Assembly (NCBI RefSeq): GCF_006345805.1
Contig: NC_043008.1
Span: 41,788,001 to 41,852,000, forward strand
Direction of reading: 5' to 3'
DNA from: Octopus sinensis
Lineage: Eukaryota
Length of the DNA stretch: 64,000 nucleotides
Both the position numbers and the translations under genes were made by a program. The notes beneath the pieces were generated by a model. The model saw only the letters and a list, made by a program, of their open reading frames with translations, was not told the DNA's origin and made no database searches. Shown piece by piece: positions 11,990 to 23,576 of this stretch (position 1 is the stretch's first letter; each line of letters opens with the position of its first letter).

Positions 11990-13800
11990 GAGGGTCTGCT
12001 GGTGCCGGGGGAATTGTCCCTCCCTCCAGATTCAACAAGTAAAATAATATTAATTATGCATATCACTTTTTGGTTAATTACATAATTATTTCTTATTATA
12101 CTTAAATTAGGACATGTGGATCGATATTTATTTATTAGACTGGTTTTCCATAAAATCACGATCGATTTTATACTTCAAATATATTGAGTAAATTTAAATA
12201 TAATGAATTTTGTTTATCGAAATGGTTAACAATGACCTCTGTTTTGCACTTTTCTCAGTGATAAAATCAGGATATTTATGTCTGTTTTGATAGCCTTTTG
12301 CGCATTTGACTCGGTGCTAAATCTTTTTTTTTTATATATATATTATTTATTTTTAACTTGTGAAAATGATTAAAAAAACTAGCGGGCAATTTGTCAAAGA
12401 TCGATGATATATAGTAGCGAATGAAAATCACAAATCTTTGTAAACTATTTCAAACAGTTACTGCTAATATATTTAGGCTACATGTAGTTTTCATTCAGTT
12501 ACTATGCACCCCGTTCTGAAGCGTTCTCATTATTGTAAATTCTTATCTAAAATTATTTGGAATACTTATATACCAGTGTTTCTTTCACTTCGAGAAGATA
12601 CGGTATTCCCTTTCGATTATTAACATCTCCAACTAATCACTTACAATATCATTGAGACGTCCTTTAATTTCTTTTAGACACAAATATCTGAAGTGCCATT
12701 CTGGCAGCCTCGGTCGTTTCCTTTGAATTGGTTTCTATGATAACCATTTTGGTTTCAAGTCATGGAAGTACGATGTTGTTGAAGGTTTCTTTTTCCCCTC
12801 TTCAAAATTAAATCAGTTTAACAAGCAATATATGAAAACTGTTTCACTGAAATTCTATACTACTTTAATGAAGATGGCAAATGTCAGCCATTTTGAATGT
12901 ATATTGGTAAACAAACTGTTATAAGTTTGGCAGCACATCGACGCTGAGAGATCGAACAGATCAACTAAAGAGATCGAAAATATCGATGATGAGAGCTGTT
13001 TTAGCTGTACCTGCCCCACTTTATTGTATGTGTCCTTCCATTTTAACGACAGTTGTGTGTGATAAGAAGCGTATTCATGCAAGCAGCCTGGATGACCATC
13101 TCGACACTTCGCCATTGGTTAGGTACAACAGACAGATTTCTTTTAAATCACTACATGTAGTGATTTAGTTATTTACTTCTCTTGTATAAGGCGTTCCTAG
13201 GTAATCTTTCTCCCTTCATTCCTATAAGTGGTCAAAGAAATTTCTGGGAAACCCATAGAGTTTGATAAAATCTGTCAGTCATTTTACGTTCAGGTAAATA
13301 CTTTTGTACATGAATGTTCCTTATTATGATTACACTACAGACTACAAGTGGCATCTTCCCTGCCAGCTTTTTCGCTATAATTTTACATACTGCATTCAGC
13401 AGAGTTGTATTTCGATAAATGTCACTGATGCTCTGCCTCATCCTGCCGTCTTTGGCCACCTGTTCCACTATTATCAGTTCTAACATTCAGTAACGAATGT
13501 TTCTTTTCAGGTGTCAGTTGCTATAACTGTCTGCCAAAAGTTATAACAAGCCTGGTATAAACCTTGCAAAAAGAAATTGTGTAAATAAAAGGATTTGTTC
13601 GTTACATAACCAGCCACTACCAACAGTTTAGCTCTTTGCCCTTTTATCTGGGTGTCACTCAAACACATCGAGGAAGGCATTAAGATCTACTATGGTTGGT
13701 CCAATTACTCACAAACACTTTAGTAAACTGTCACTGGACAACCACCCGTCATTGCCTATAAACACAGCATCTCAGCCACCCGAGGACCCTGAATGGGTCT
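11990..13800 (-). mobile_element. Possible heavily degraded hAT-superfamily transposon
   Basis: Only scattered weak matches on the minus strand (FTKVFVSNW, AKCR...YNKVG, LLTISINK) in the order expected for a hAT transposase; no clear TIR pair. Confidence 0.3.
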
Positions 13801-14192
13801 TGCAGTCGCGTATCTGAAGAGCACGAACATTAGTTGAGATAACGAAATCATAGTGTTTCAAGGACTGCTTCAATGATTAAGGACAATTTTCGCAAATTTG
13901 CTGAGGGTTTAGTCTTTTAACTTGAATCAAATACTTCACTGGTACAATATCTTATCGACCCAGGAATTATGAACGATAAATTTGGCCTGAAATGTGAAAT
14001 GAAATCGAAGGCATATTCGATGCATAATATGATTCTGCTAAGGCAATAATTCGTTGGTAAAGTTTTAGCAAAAGATAGTATACTGTACTGCAACTTTGTG
14101 TGCCTGTCAATGAAAGTCATTACATTTAAAATTGGATTATCAGTTCCATTGAACGTGGTGTGGTAGCTAGTCCACAAAACTGTGATACTAAC

Positions 14193-14241
<49 letters not shown>

Positions 14242-14294
14242 CACAGTCACACACACACACACACACAAACGCACATATTCTGTATTTAAGTAGT

Positions 14295-14410
14295 GCCCCC
14301 GATCCATGAGGCGCTCGAACGTTGTAGGGGCTTTGCACAAGCCGAAGAAGCAGCAGTCGAAGAAGTCAGAAGAGTTGAAAATAACATACAAACCGTTGAG
14401 TATATCCAAA
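14295..14410 (-). mobile_element. Ty3/Gypsy reverse transcriptase relic
   Basis: Minus-strand FFGLCKAPTTFERLMD matches the Gypsy RT motif MPFGLCNAPATFERLM. Confidence 0.6.
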
Positions 14411-14850
14411 ATACAAGAACTTAAATTAAGATGGCAATAACATTTATGGAATAAATAAACAGTTCTTTAGAGAGGTTTTTGAGAGTTCTTTCATTTACCT
14501 CTGAAATGTGTAGACTCCTTTCGGTGCGCTCTTCTTTTATTCACCAGTCTTTATTTATTTTGATTTATTTCTTTTCTGTCTTATATTATTTTGTTTTCCG
14601 TCTGGACTCATGTTACTTCCGAATTCACGGTACCATTCCACCTTCTTTGCGTTGCCAAGTTCAATATTTTCGCAACCAATTCAAAGCCTCCCACCGTTCA
14701 CATCAACCGACCAAACCAACACCACACGAGACACTAAATACTGTGAAAATAGTTCCACACGAATTTCGCCCGGCACCATCTCACACATCGCACTCATGGC
14801 ACCGGTTACTACATTCAAACCAGATCATGTTGACTTTCATCACGTCGCCC

Positions 14851-16060
14851 TATTTCTTTATTGCCCACAAGGGGCCAACACAGAGGGGACAACACAAAAA
14901 CATGCGGGGACAAGTAACACGAAAACATAAAATAAAGCATATGATAATACGAATGATTTTATGAAAATGATAATGAAAATATGCTACTTGACCCACATCA
15001 AGTAGCATCACTTACTTCCATTTTATCTTTTATATCTTGAGTATTTCAATATATCAATACCGTACTTTGTCCTTATTTTATTAATATCCACGCTTATCCT
15101 CTGACATTCCTGTCCTTTCTTAAATTTAGCTATTTCCTCTTTTCGTTTTTCTGACTCCAGTATACATGGTTGCCATCCAACTATATCCGTGCATTCCTCT
15201 AATTCTACGAACTTTACATTTTTCCACGTTGTTATCTTATTAAGTAGTTCCTCATCCATCTCCTCTGAAATTACACAAACATAACATATATTACTGGGAG
15301 AGGAATTTTGTACATTCTGTTGGGACTATTTTTCATTATTTCTTTTTTCTCTGTGTAGGAGTGGAATGGGTGGGTTTGGTGTCTGCGGGAGGAGGGTGGG
15401 TCTGAGAGGGTATGGGTGATATGGGTGTAAGGTGGGGGTTCCTGTTCATCTTGATTTATTTTTTTCCTTTTTCTCTGCTTCATCACCTTCCGTATTTCTT
15501 CCTCCTTCTTTTCTGTTATTTCTTCCACATGTTCTGGTACCTTCCGTTCTTCCTCCCAGCTTTCTTTCGTTTTCTTCGGGCAATTTGCTCTGAAGTGGCT
15601 CTTTTGGCCACATTTGAAGCAGCGAGGGAATCTACCTTCCACCCAAACTCTCAACACCACTTCACCTATCATTATGGTCTCTGCCATTTTTGCAAAATTT
15701 TCCGTACCACACTGAATTATGATTTCGAGAGTCTTATCTTGCCAGATCGTAGCGTCTGTGTCTGTGGCCTGGATGACCGTCACTTCCACTTCACTTCCCA
15801 GAAGTACTGCTGCCGCCATCCAAGCCACGTCTATTTCCGGGGAAATTCCTTCCATCTTAACTCTCGTAGTCCATCTTCCCAAATACATTGGAAAGAGGAC
15901 TACTTTGTCCGTCTTCAGGGGTGTTACTGAGTGTTCCTTTGCTTTCTAGATGCTTTTGAAAGGAACGTTCACTGATACGAAACAGCTTCCTCTGGCAAGG
16001 TAAGTTATATCTCGCCAAATTGGCCTCAGTGCTCTCTCGATTACAACGTCTTCCAGAACG
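14851..16060 (-). mobile_element. Non-autonomous LINE derivative: gag-like ORF1 with CCHC knuckle joined directly to a Tx1/L1-type 3' tail; no RT
   Basis: ORF 15271-15888 contains CFKCGQKSHFRANC; coding-like sequence continues at 15023-15259 and upstream to about 16050; 3' end ...ccccttgtgggcaataaagaaata resembles the tail of the RT-bearing copy at 34912. Confidence 0.75.
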
Positions 16061-16339
16061 AATAGTTTATATAATTCGGCCACTCTGTAAAAGCGCGCCA
16101 AAATCACACCGCCTATGCTTTAAACAGTCACGTGACCACAATTATTTTCGGCTTCGCTTGCAAAACCAGAGAGCGGTGTTCTAATTCACGTCGTACGAAT
16201 GAGAAATTATCTGAATATAATTTGTTTCGTTCGTAACAATATACATAATGCCTTGATGTATCTCTAGTAATATTGTTAAAATGCGAGTACGGTACCTTCG
16301 CAACTAAATGTGGTTTACATCATGTTTAATATTAAATAC

Positions 16340-16387
<48 letters not shown>

Positions 16388-16393
16388 ATATAT

Positions 16394-16456
<63 letters not shown>

Positions 16457-16474
16457 TAAATATATATATATATA

Positions 16475-16845
16475 CAAGCAGTATCACCCGGCGTTGCTCT
16501 GGTTTGTTTCGACCCTTTAGAATCGGGATTTTTGAAAAGTAAAACTTTTGCATTATGTGGCTTTAAGTGAACATTTTTCTGGTTGAAATACACCGAAAAA
16601 TGGCAACACAGCAGTCAAATAATCGTAAAAAATAGGGATTTTCATAGAAAAAAAAGCACCTTTTTGATGTAAATAATTTTTGGTGTTAACATGGTCCAAT
16701 TTGAATTTTCTTCTCCGAGTGGAAGGGCAACGTTTCGTCTATCATACTCTCAATTTTAGTCAACTTGCGCCGCAGGGTCTCGGAGGAGATAGTGTTAGTT
16801 GAAGGCTACCAAACCTGCCATACACAGACAACTTCAGCTTTTTTT
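16475..16845 (-). mobile_element. Non-autonomous Helitron-like element
   Basis: Minus-strand 3' end: hairpin ccagagcaacgccggg, 8 nt, then CTTG (CTAG in the sister copy at 63540) entering (TA)n; the 3' terminus is shared with 63540-64000. The 5' end is approximate. Confidence 0.6.
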
Positions 16846-16849
16846 TTAC

Positions 16850-17022
16850 TCCGTCTTCCCTACTTTGGATCTTTCCTTTTCCTATGTTTCTGACGAAGAG
16901 CTCCGCTCGCAACGTTAAGCCCTCCCTCTTTCCTTCTTTCCTGAGCGTCCAATAATACTATACTTGTTCCACGCCCTCGAGTTGTTGTGTTTTCTCTTTG
17001 TGTTTTCATGTTTGGATTAACC

Positions 17023-17035
<13 letters not shown>
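16850..17035 (+). mobile_element. Penelope-like pseudo-LTR fragment with degenerate hammerhead (16886-16920)
   Basis: gttt CTGACGA a gagc-tcc-gctc GcAA cgtt a agc; ends in (TA)n; related copy at 47095-47240. Confidence 0.6.
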
Positions 17036-17053
<18 letters not shown>

Positions 17054-18002
17054 TCAGTTGCCTTATGAACGACATAAAGCGTATAAACATAGCAAGTAGA
17101 TTGTGTTTTCGATTTCGTTCCATACTTTATCAGTCAGTTCTTGTACGAAACATATAGATATTACGTTTAACAGATTATGTTTTCGATGTCTTTCCATAGT
17201 CAAATTCTTACAGACGTTGTCTGGAACATAATGTCATTATAGATCGATATGATAATATATAATGAATATTCTCGGTTTCGTAACAAATATTTGACTAAAG
17301 GATGTCAGTTTAAATAGATCAGCTCGTTTATTGTATTATTCATTTATCATATGCTCTCTCTTAGTTAATTCTAAATGATATAACTATTTCTCTTCTATTA
17401 TGCGAAGCAGAGAAAATTGCGAAATTATTAATTCAAGACATGTAAATAAAAGTATAATAGATAAACGTCATTTAAACATACTCCTTAGTTAATTACATTT
17501 CAATATTGAAGTTTACATAATTGTATAAACATCATTAAACATTCATATATTATTACATATTCATTCGTTATATTTCATATTGCATTCTATTTTATACTGA
17601 AAATATTATCTGACTACGAATACACAGACACTTCACTAAATTCAGTTATGGAGAAATTATGACTGGCAATCTAAGCAAACATATGCTGCTTTATAATAAT
17701 GCCTAATAAGTTAAGGCAAATATGGAGGAGATTTGCCAAATGGCAGTTAGCTGATGGAATAAAGAATAAACTACTGTATATGTTCGGTGTTTCCTTATTT
17801 ATGATTGATATTGATTAACGATTACTCTAGTCGAGCAGGCTGTAATATATGGAAATCACAAATATGCTTGATGGGTCGAAGCGATTGTAGTGATCAACAA
17901 CGATTCTCATACATTCCATCTTTCGTCTCTCTCATTGATTGTATGGTGTATATGTGTGTGCGCACGTGTATGCATGTATGTAGTATGTATGTATATATAT
18001 AT

Positions 18003-18036
<34 letters not shown>

Positions 18037-18037
<1 letters not shown>

Positions 18038-18140
18038 CAACAAAGACTCATGGGAAGAATGCAGGTTACTTGGTAAGCAAGCTACTTACCATACAGCTAC
18101 TCCTGGGCCTATATATGCATATATACATACACACACACAC

Positions 18141-18172
<32 letters not shown>

Positions 18173-18354
18173 TTGTGTGTGTGTGTATCTATATGTATAT
18201 GTATATGTTAATATATGTGTGTGTGTGTGTGTGTGTTTGTGTGTGTGTGTTTGTGTGTGTGTATGTATATATGCATATATAGGCCCAGGAGTAGCTGTAT
18301 GGTAAGTAGCTTGCTTACCAAGTAACCTGCATACTTCCCATGAGTCCTTGTTGT
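18037..18354. repeat. About 100-bp inverted repeat containing SINE-A head sequence, with a microsatellite spacer
   Basis: Left arm acaacaaagactcatggg...ctcctgggcctatatatgc; right arm is its reverse complement with 2 mismatches. Confidence 0.9.
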
Positions 18355-18399
18355 CAGTGTACGCATGAAATATATTCTTACTGAACCAAATGGTTTTTA

Positions 18400-18930
18400 C
18401 TTCAAAGAAATCTTGATTTATGACTCTGCCACTTAAACTGTTTTTTTACCCTATCCATAATAGATAGATTCTAGTTTCCATTAGACTTGATAAACTAGTC
18501 TATAAATTAGAAATAACCCCTTCCCACAGTAGTAAATTTGAATAACAAATTAAAATCAATGATAATCAGTGTCTTCCTGTGAAAAAATATCAGTTACAAC
18601 TATGATGTGGTTGATGAAACATGTTCTTTGTCTATCTACTTATCCTCTTTGTGATTTTGGTTAATAGAATAACTATACAAATGAATCTTTTGAATTTAAC
18701 TAAATTCTATATTTTTATGTAGCTGAAGATTGCTCTACATTTTAAAATTGATGTAATATTTGCATTGTTCAATTAAATGGAGTCGCATGAAACGATCGTA
18801 CTGCATTACCTCTGGATATCCTTGTTACTTATTTTGATTGAAATCACGCCATTTTGAATTATATGTATAATACCATGCTAAATTCTGGTGCCTTTAACTT
18901 AAGTACCATATTCAACTGAATCTAAATTGC
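18400..18930 (+). mobile_element. Penelope-like element 3' relic (ORF end + pseudo-LTR)
   Basis: Contains the HHR at 18717-18806; terminal segment aagtaccatattca..tgaatctaaattg is shared with the minus-strand relic at 32520-33290. Confidence 0.6.
18717..18806 (+). ncRNA. Type I hammerhead ribozyme motif, canonical core
   Basis: Helix I atgtag/ctgcat, CTGAAGA 18723-18729, long helix II, GAAA 18789-18792, palindromic helix III ACGATCGT, GTA triplet ending at 18800. Confidence 0.75.
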
Positions 18931-18949
18931 AAATCACGAGTCTTAATTG

Positions 18950-19200
18950 GAAGTCTATAATTGTTGGGTCTTTGGGGACAGTATCATAAGGCATCAAGAA
19001 GAATGTTAAGAAAATTGGAATAGAGTACCTGGTAGAACTGTTAAGTCCTGCCTGCTTGGCATGGCCAGAATAATCAGGAAAGTATTACATACTTGAAAAG
19101 AACAGCTAGCATAGTACCGTAGGCTGCAGGCAGCAAGTCCACTACACATGCAAGACTCCAGGAGTTCGACAAAACTTGAGGTAAAATAAGGATAATAATG
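18950..19200 (+). mobile_element. 3' end of an R4/Dong-like RLE retrotransposon
   Basis: IIVGSLGTVS*GIKKNVKKIGIEYLVELL...CLLGMARIIRKVLHT* parallels the C-terminus of 49882-52032 (IIVGALGMIKK...ALLGTAHILRRTL); the 3' UTR ends in ataataatga. Confidence 0.7.
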
Positions 19201-19779
19201 ATCCTTTCTACTAAAGTCTGAAATTTTGGGAAGTATTCAACAGGAACATATTTTCATCCATCCCAAAATGTTGAAAGGCAATGTCGACCTCAGCGGAATT
19301 TGAACTCAGAACGTAAGGCAGATAGAATGCTAATAAGCATTTTGCTCGCTGTGCTAGCTATTCTGCCACTTTACCGCCTTAACAACAACAAAAATAATCC
19401 TTCTACTATAGGCAGAAGGCCAGAAATTGAGTGGGGGACTAGTCCATTATATCAACCCTAATATTTCAATGGTACTTATTTTATCAATCCTGAGAGGATG
19501 AAAAGCAAAATCGACCTCGGTGGAATTTGTACTCAGAACATAGTGACGGGTAAAATACCTATTTCTTTACTACCCGAAAGAGAGAACAAACAAGGACAGA
19601 CAAACTGATTAAGTCGATTATATCGACCCCAGTGCGTAACTGGTACTTAATTTATCGACCCCGAAAGGATGAAAGGCAAAGTCGACCTCGGCGGAATTTG
19701 AACTCAGAACGTAACGGCAGACGAAATACCACTAAGCCTTTCGCCCAGCGTGCTAACGATTCTACCAGCTCGCCACCTT
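19200..19779 (-). mobile_element. Tandem SINE family B copies (diverged monomer + dimer)
   Basis: Three repeats of the gtcgacctcggcggaatttgaactcagaacgt unit. Confidence 0.85.
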
Positions 19780-19990
19780 AATAATAATGATAATTATAAA
19801 TATTATTATCATTATTAATATTTCTATTATCATTATGATTATTATTTTTATTGTTATTATAATTATTATTACTATTATTATTATTATCATTATTATTATT
19901 ATTATTATTATTATTAATATTATTATTATCATTATTATTATCATTATTATTATTATTACTATTATTGTTGTTGTTGTTGTTGTTGTTGTT
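19779..19990. repeat. (ATT)n/(GTT)n microsatellite
   Basis: Directly visible. Confidence 0.95.
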
Positions 19991-20949
19991 CCGACAATAC
20001 TTGCAAAGTTATTTGCTTCTTGTTATTACTTCGGACATATATCTTAATATGACACGTGAAATCAAGTAATTCGAAAAATAAAACGATCTGCCTGATTCAA
20101 TTGACATCGTTGTTGCTCGCTTCTATAAATTATATTAATTGTTCGCATAGAACAAAAACAAAAGAATAATGATATACCTCATTAATAACTGGCCTCATCA
20201 ACCATAGGTCAAAGATGACGTCCTTTGCTGAATCAATTAATATTACTTGGTCGTAAATTTCACAATCATTTAACAAGGCATAAGAAAATACGGACGTACG
20301 TTTTGGTGCGTAAATATTATTTTCTTTTGACAAGGCATAAGGCCAAATTGTGTAGGAGATGGCTTATAGTCGATGAGTTATAGGAGAATTATTTCATTCC
20401 AATATATTGCTTATTCTTATTTTATCGCAGAAATGAAACATCAGGCTGAATATTATATTGAATTAAGATCTCGTAGATTATGAGTTGAATAATTTTGTAG
20501 ATATCTTGTTATGTGTTTCAATAGTTGCATTCTATTCCTCACACACACACATACATCCTTCATGGAGAGCTTAAACGTCAGAAGCAAATTATCTGGGTAT
20601 GTTATATATGATATACTGGTGTCCTGTCTGGCCGCTAATTGTAACTGTCATCCATAACTTTACGCAATAATTCCATAGTTAAGCACCGGCACTTGAACAA
20701 GCTCTCCGAAGTTGCACAACGTTTAAATTGGGATTTTATTTATTTTATCAGCCACCAAATCGAAATAGAACCATCCAAGAAACGCCAATGGCAATTGATA
20801 TACTTGCATTTGTCTGTGCTTTTCATATGCATGTTCTCAATCACTTGTAATTATTTCTCTTAATTTATTTTTGTCTAAATTGAACAAAGGCTGTGCGATA
20901 GCATGGCCGCAGTCAAATGACTGAAACATGTAAAAGAATAAAAGAAAAT

Positions 20950-21275
20950 CACCTAGGTTCTCAGCCGGGTCTATATGGCCGGTCAGGGTCCATATTAGAT
21001 TTTGGACGGTACACGCAACGAAATACAAATTGGGTATCTTTAATAGTATTTTTAGGGACCCTGAAAAAACTTTGCATTAACTGTATGTATTGATATGTCT
21101 TGCAACAAACAGCTAGGGTTCTTTTTCCAACATTTTACATAATTCAACCTAAATCAAAATAGGTATTTTGAAAGAAGTTTCTATAAAACTAGTTTTTAAA
21201 CTTCGAATAGCTAGGGAAATCCACCAGAATAAAACAGTAAGCAAAGGGGACCATGGGTGAAAAAGGGTTGAAATG
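20950..21275. mobile_element. Probable decayed hAT-type MITE
   Basis: Ends ggttctcagccgggtc... and ...gggaccatgggtgaaaagggttgaaa resemble ggttctcaacc/ggttgagaacc subterminal motifs; TIRs eroded. Confidence 0.4.
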
Positions 21276-21688
21276 TGTAATACTTTTTTGCATGTGACTA
21301 AGTTCTATTGAATACTGGAGAGGAACAAGGAGAAAAGTCCGTGCTGAAGATGTCTATTGTGGTGAAAATGTGTCATTCACTATCCCCTTCTCTACAGACA
21401 ATACACCTGTCCCCTTTGTAAATGTCATGCTGCCTTTGAAGAATTTATAATTCTTGAGATTAATTCCTCTTCATGCCATTTGGTAATTCCATCACATCTA
21501 AAAGTGAAGTTTATTTTAACAAATCAAGGATTTAATTTGTATGATGCTTGTTATACACTCCACATTCAAGCCAGGGCTATTTATTTTATTATATTTTTGT
21601 TTATATAAAATATATATGTACGTATATCTAATTTATACATATATATATATATACATACATGTATATACATATACGTGTGTGTATACAA

Positions 21689-21757
<69 letters not shown>

Positions 21758-22250
21758 ACTAAAAATAAGGGTGTCTGAGAGACACCACCATGCCGAAATA
21801 GCAGTCAAAACCCTGACTCTAAAAACCACGTTAAATGTTCATATCGTACCGTGAGATAAGACAGAGGGACAAAATAGACTAGCAAAAAATATTATTGAAT
21901 AATTCAAGATCCAGGATTTCTAGCTTTGCTTTAAATAAGCTTTGCCGTCATCGGTTGAATATATCAAAGTACATAAATACATATATATATATATATATAC
22001 AGAACAAACGTTATACTTACATATACGAACGTCCATACATACATATATATGCACGTATGCACAAAGCCAGTTAAATTGCCCGCCAAAGCACCTCATAAGC
22101 ACGATATGGTCAAAATAAACACCGCAGTGAATATAGTGACGAATTATATAAATTTATAAATAAGGATAATATCGATATTTAAATATCGATATTATCAAGT
22201 GGCCAGCATATATATACATATGTATATATATATAGTTATAGTTATAGTTA

Positions 22251-22601
22251 TAGATGTCGCCGAGGTAACCTGGCAGTCCAGAAAAATAGGACGAATGTTG
22301 CCGTTGTTTAGCTCCAAGAGGCCATCGCTTCTAGCTAGCTATGTGACACACAAACCTGTGTCCATTATAACCTTCGAACAGGGGCGGTCAGCAGCTTCCC
22401 CTTGCTAGTTCAACATCCCCGAAACTAGTCTGTGGATGTTGAACCAGCAAGGGGAAGCTGCTGACCTCCCCTATTTCAAGGTTTTAATGGTTATATATCT
22501 GTGTGTAACATAGCTAGCTAGAAGCAAAGCCCTTTTAGAGCTAACCAACGGCAGCATTCGTCCTATTTTTCTGGCCTGCCAGGTTAGCTTGGCGGTAACT
22601 A
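22251..22601. mobile_element. Fold-back element with about 165-bp diverged inverted arms and a 15-nt loop
   Basis: Arms tagatgtcgccgaggtaacctggcag...caacatcc and ggatgttg...ctgccaggttagcttggcggtaacta; loop ccgaaactagtctgt. Confidence 0.85.
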
Positions 22602-22714
22602 TTAATATCCAGTACTGCTGCCGTACCTCCTGTAGAGAGAATTAGAAAAATTAATACTTATATATATATACGTGTGTGTGTGTGTATGTGTATGTGTGTG
22701 TGTGTGTGTGTGTG

Positions 22715-22960
22715 TGAATGTGCGTGGTTTAGTGGTTTGGGATATTAGACTCATGATCGTAAGATTGCGGTTTCGATTCCTGGACAGACAAGAACGTTCT
22801 GTTTTTGAGTAAACAACTTCTTCTGACGTGACTCCATTATACTCGACTGGCAACAATGAATATTCCTGAGACCAACCAACGTTCCTCTAGTTGCAGAATA
22901 TATACGCCATGGAAACGAAGAAACCGGCCCTATTAGTCTGTATGACACGGGAAGGAACTG
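22715..22960 (+). mobile_element. Diverged SINE family C
   Basis: gtggtttagtggtt...ggtttcgattcctggac head; ggaaaccggccc-like tail. Confidence 0.7.
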
Positions 22961-22971
22961 TATTTTTCATC

Positions 22972-23013
<42 letters not shown>

Positions 23014-23043
23014 TAAAAAAGGAGATGTGGAACACGAGTTGTG

Positions 23044-23338
23044 ATATATAAAGAAAGGACATGAAGAAAATGCTGACAAAATAATTTAAGTAAGGGAGAG
23101 TGTATTTAATTAGGTGAAAGTTCTTTTTACCGGTGGCGCATTTCTTATGCTTATCAAAAGATATTTTGAGTGAGATAGAGTTCCTTTCTGATTGATTTTT
23201 TTCCAGAAATGAACTCTATCTCACTCAAAATATCTTTTGATAAGCATAACAAATGCGCACCGGTAAAAAGAACTTTCACCTAATTAAATACACTCTCCCT
23301 TACTTAATTTATTTTGTCAGCATTTTCTCATTTCATTT

Positions 23339-23350
<12 letters not shown>
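23044..23350. repeat. About 145-bp inverted repeat with a 13-nt loop, flanked by (TA)n
   Basis: gaaaatgctgacaaaataa...gagttcctttctg mirrored by cagaaatgaactc...ttattttgtcagcattttc. Confidence 0.9.
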
Positions 23351-23384
<34 letters not shown>

Positions 23385-23576
23385 TATATATAACTCCAAG
23401 AAAGTTAGAGGTTGTGAATCAAACTAACTATGGGATAATATCTATCCAATATACTGCTAGAAGCATACCCAATTATTACTATACAAGTGTTTTTTATTGC
23501 ATTGGAAATACATTACCTAGTGTACTAAATGGGTGAAGGTAAAGAGATTTTACCATTAATTTATATAGCAAATAAG

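Noticed and set aside
13810-13865. CTGAAGA...GAAA
   Set aside because: Helices I-III cannot be formed.
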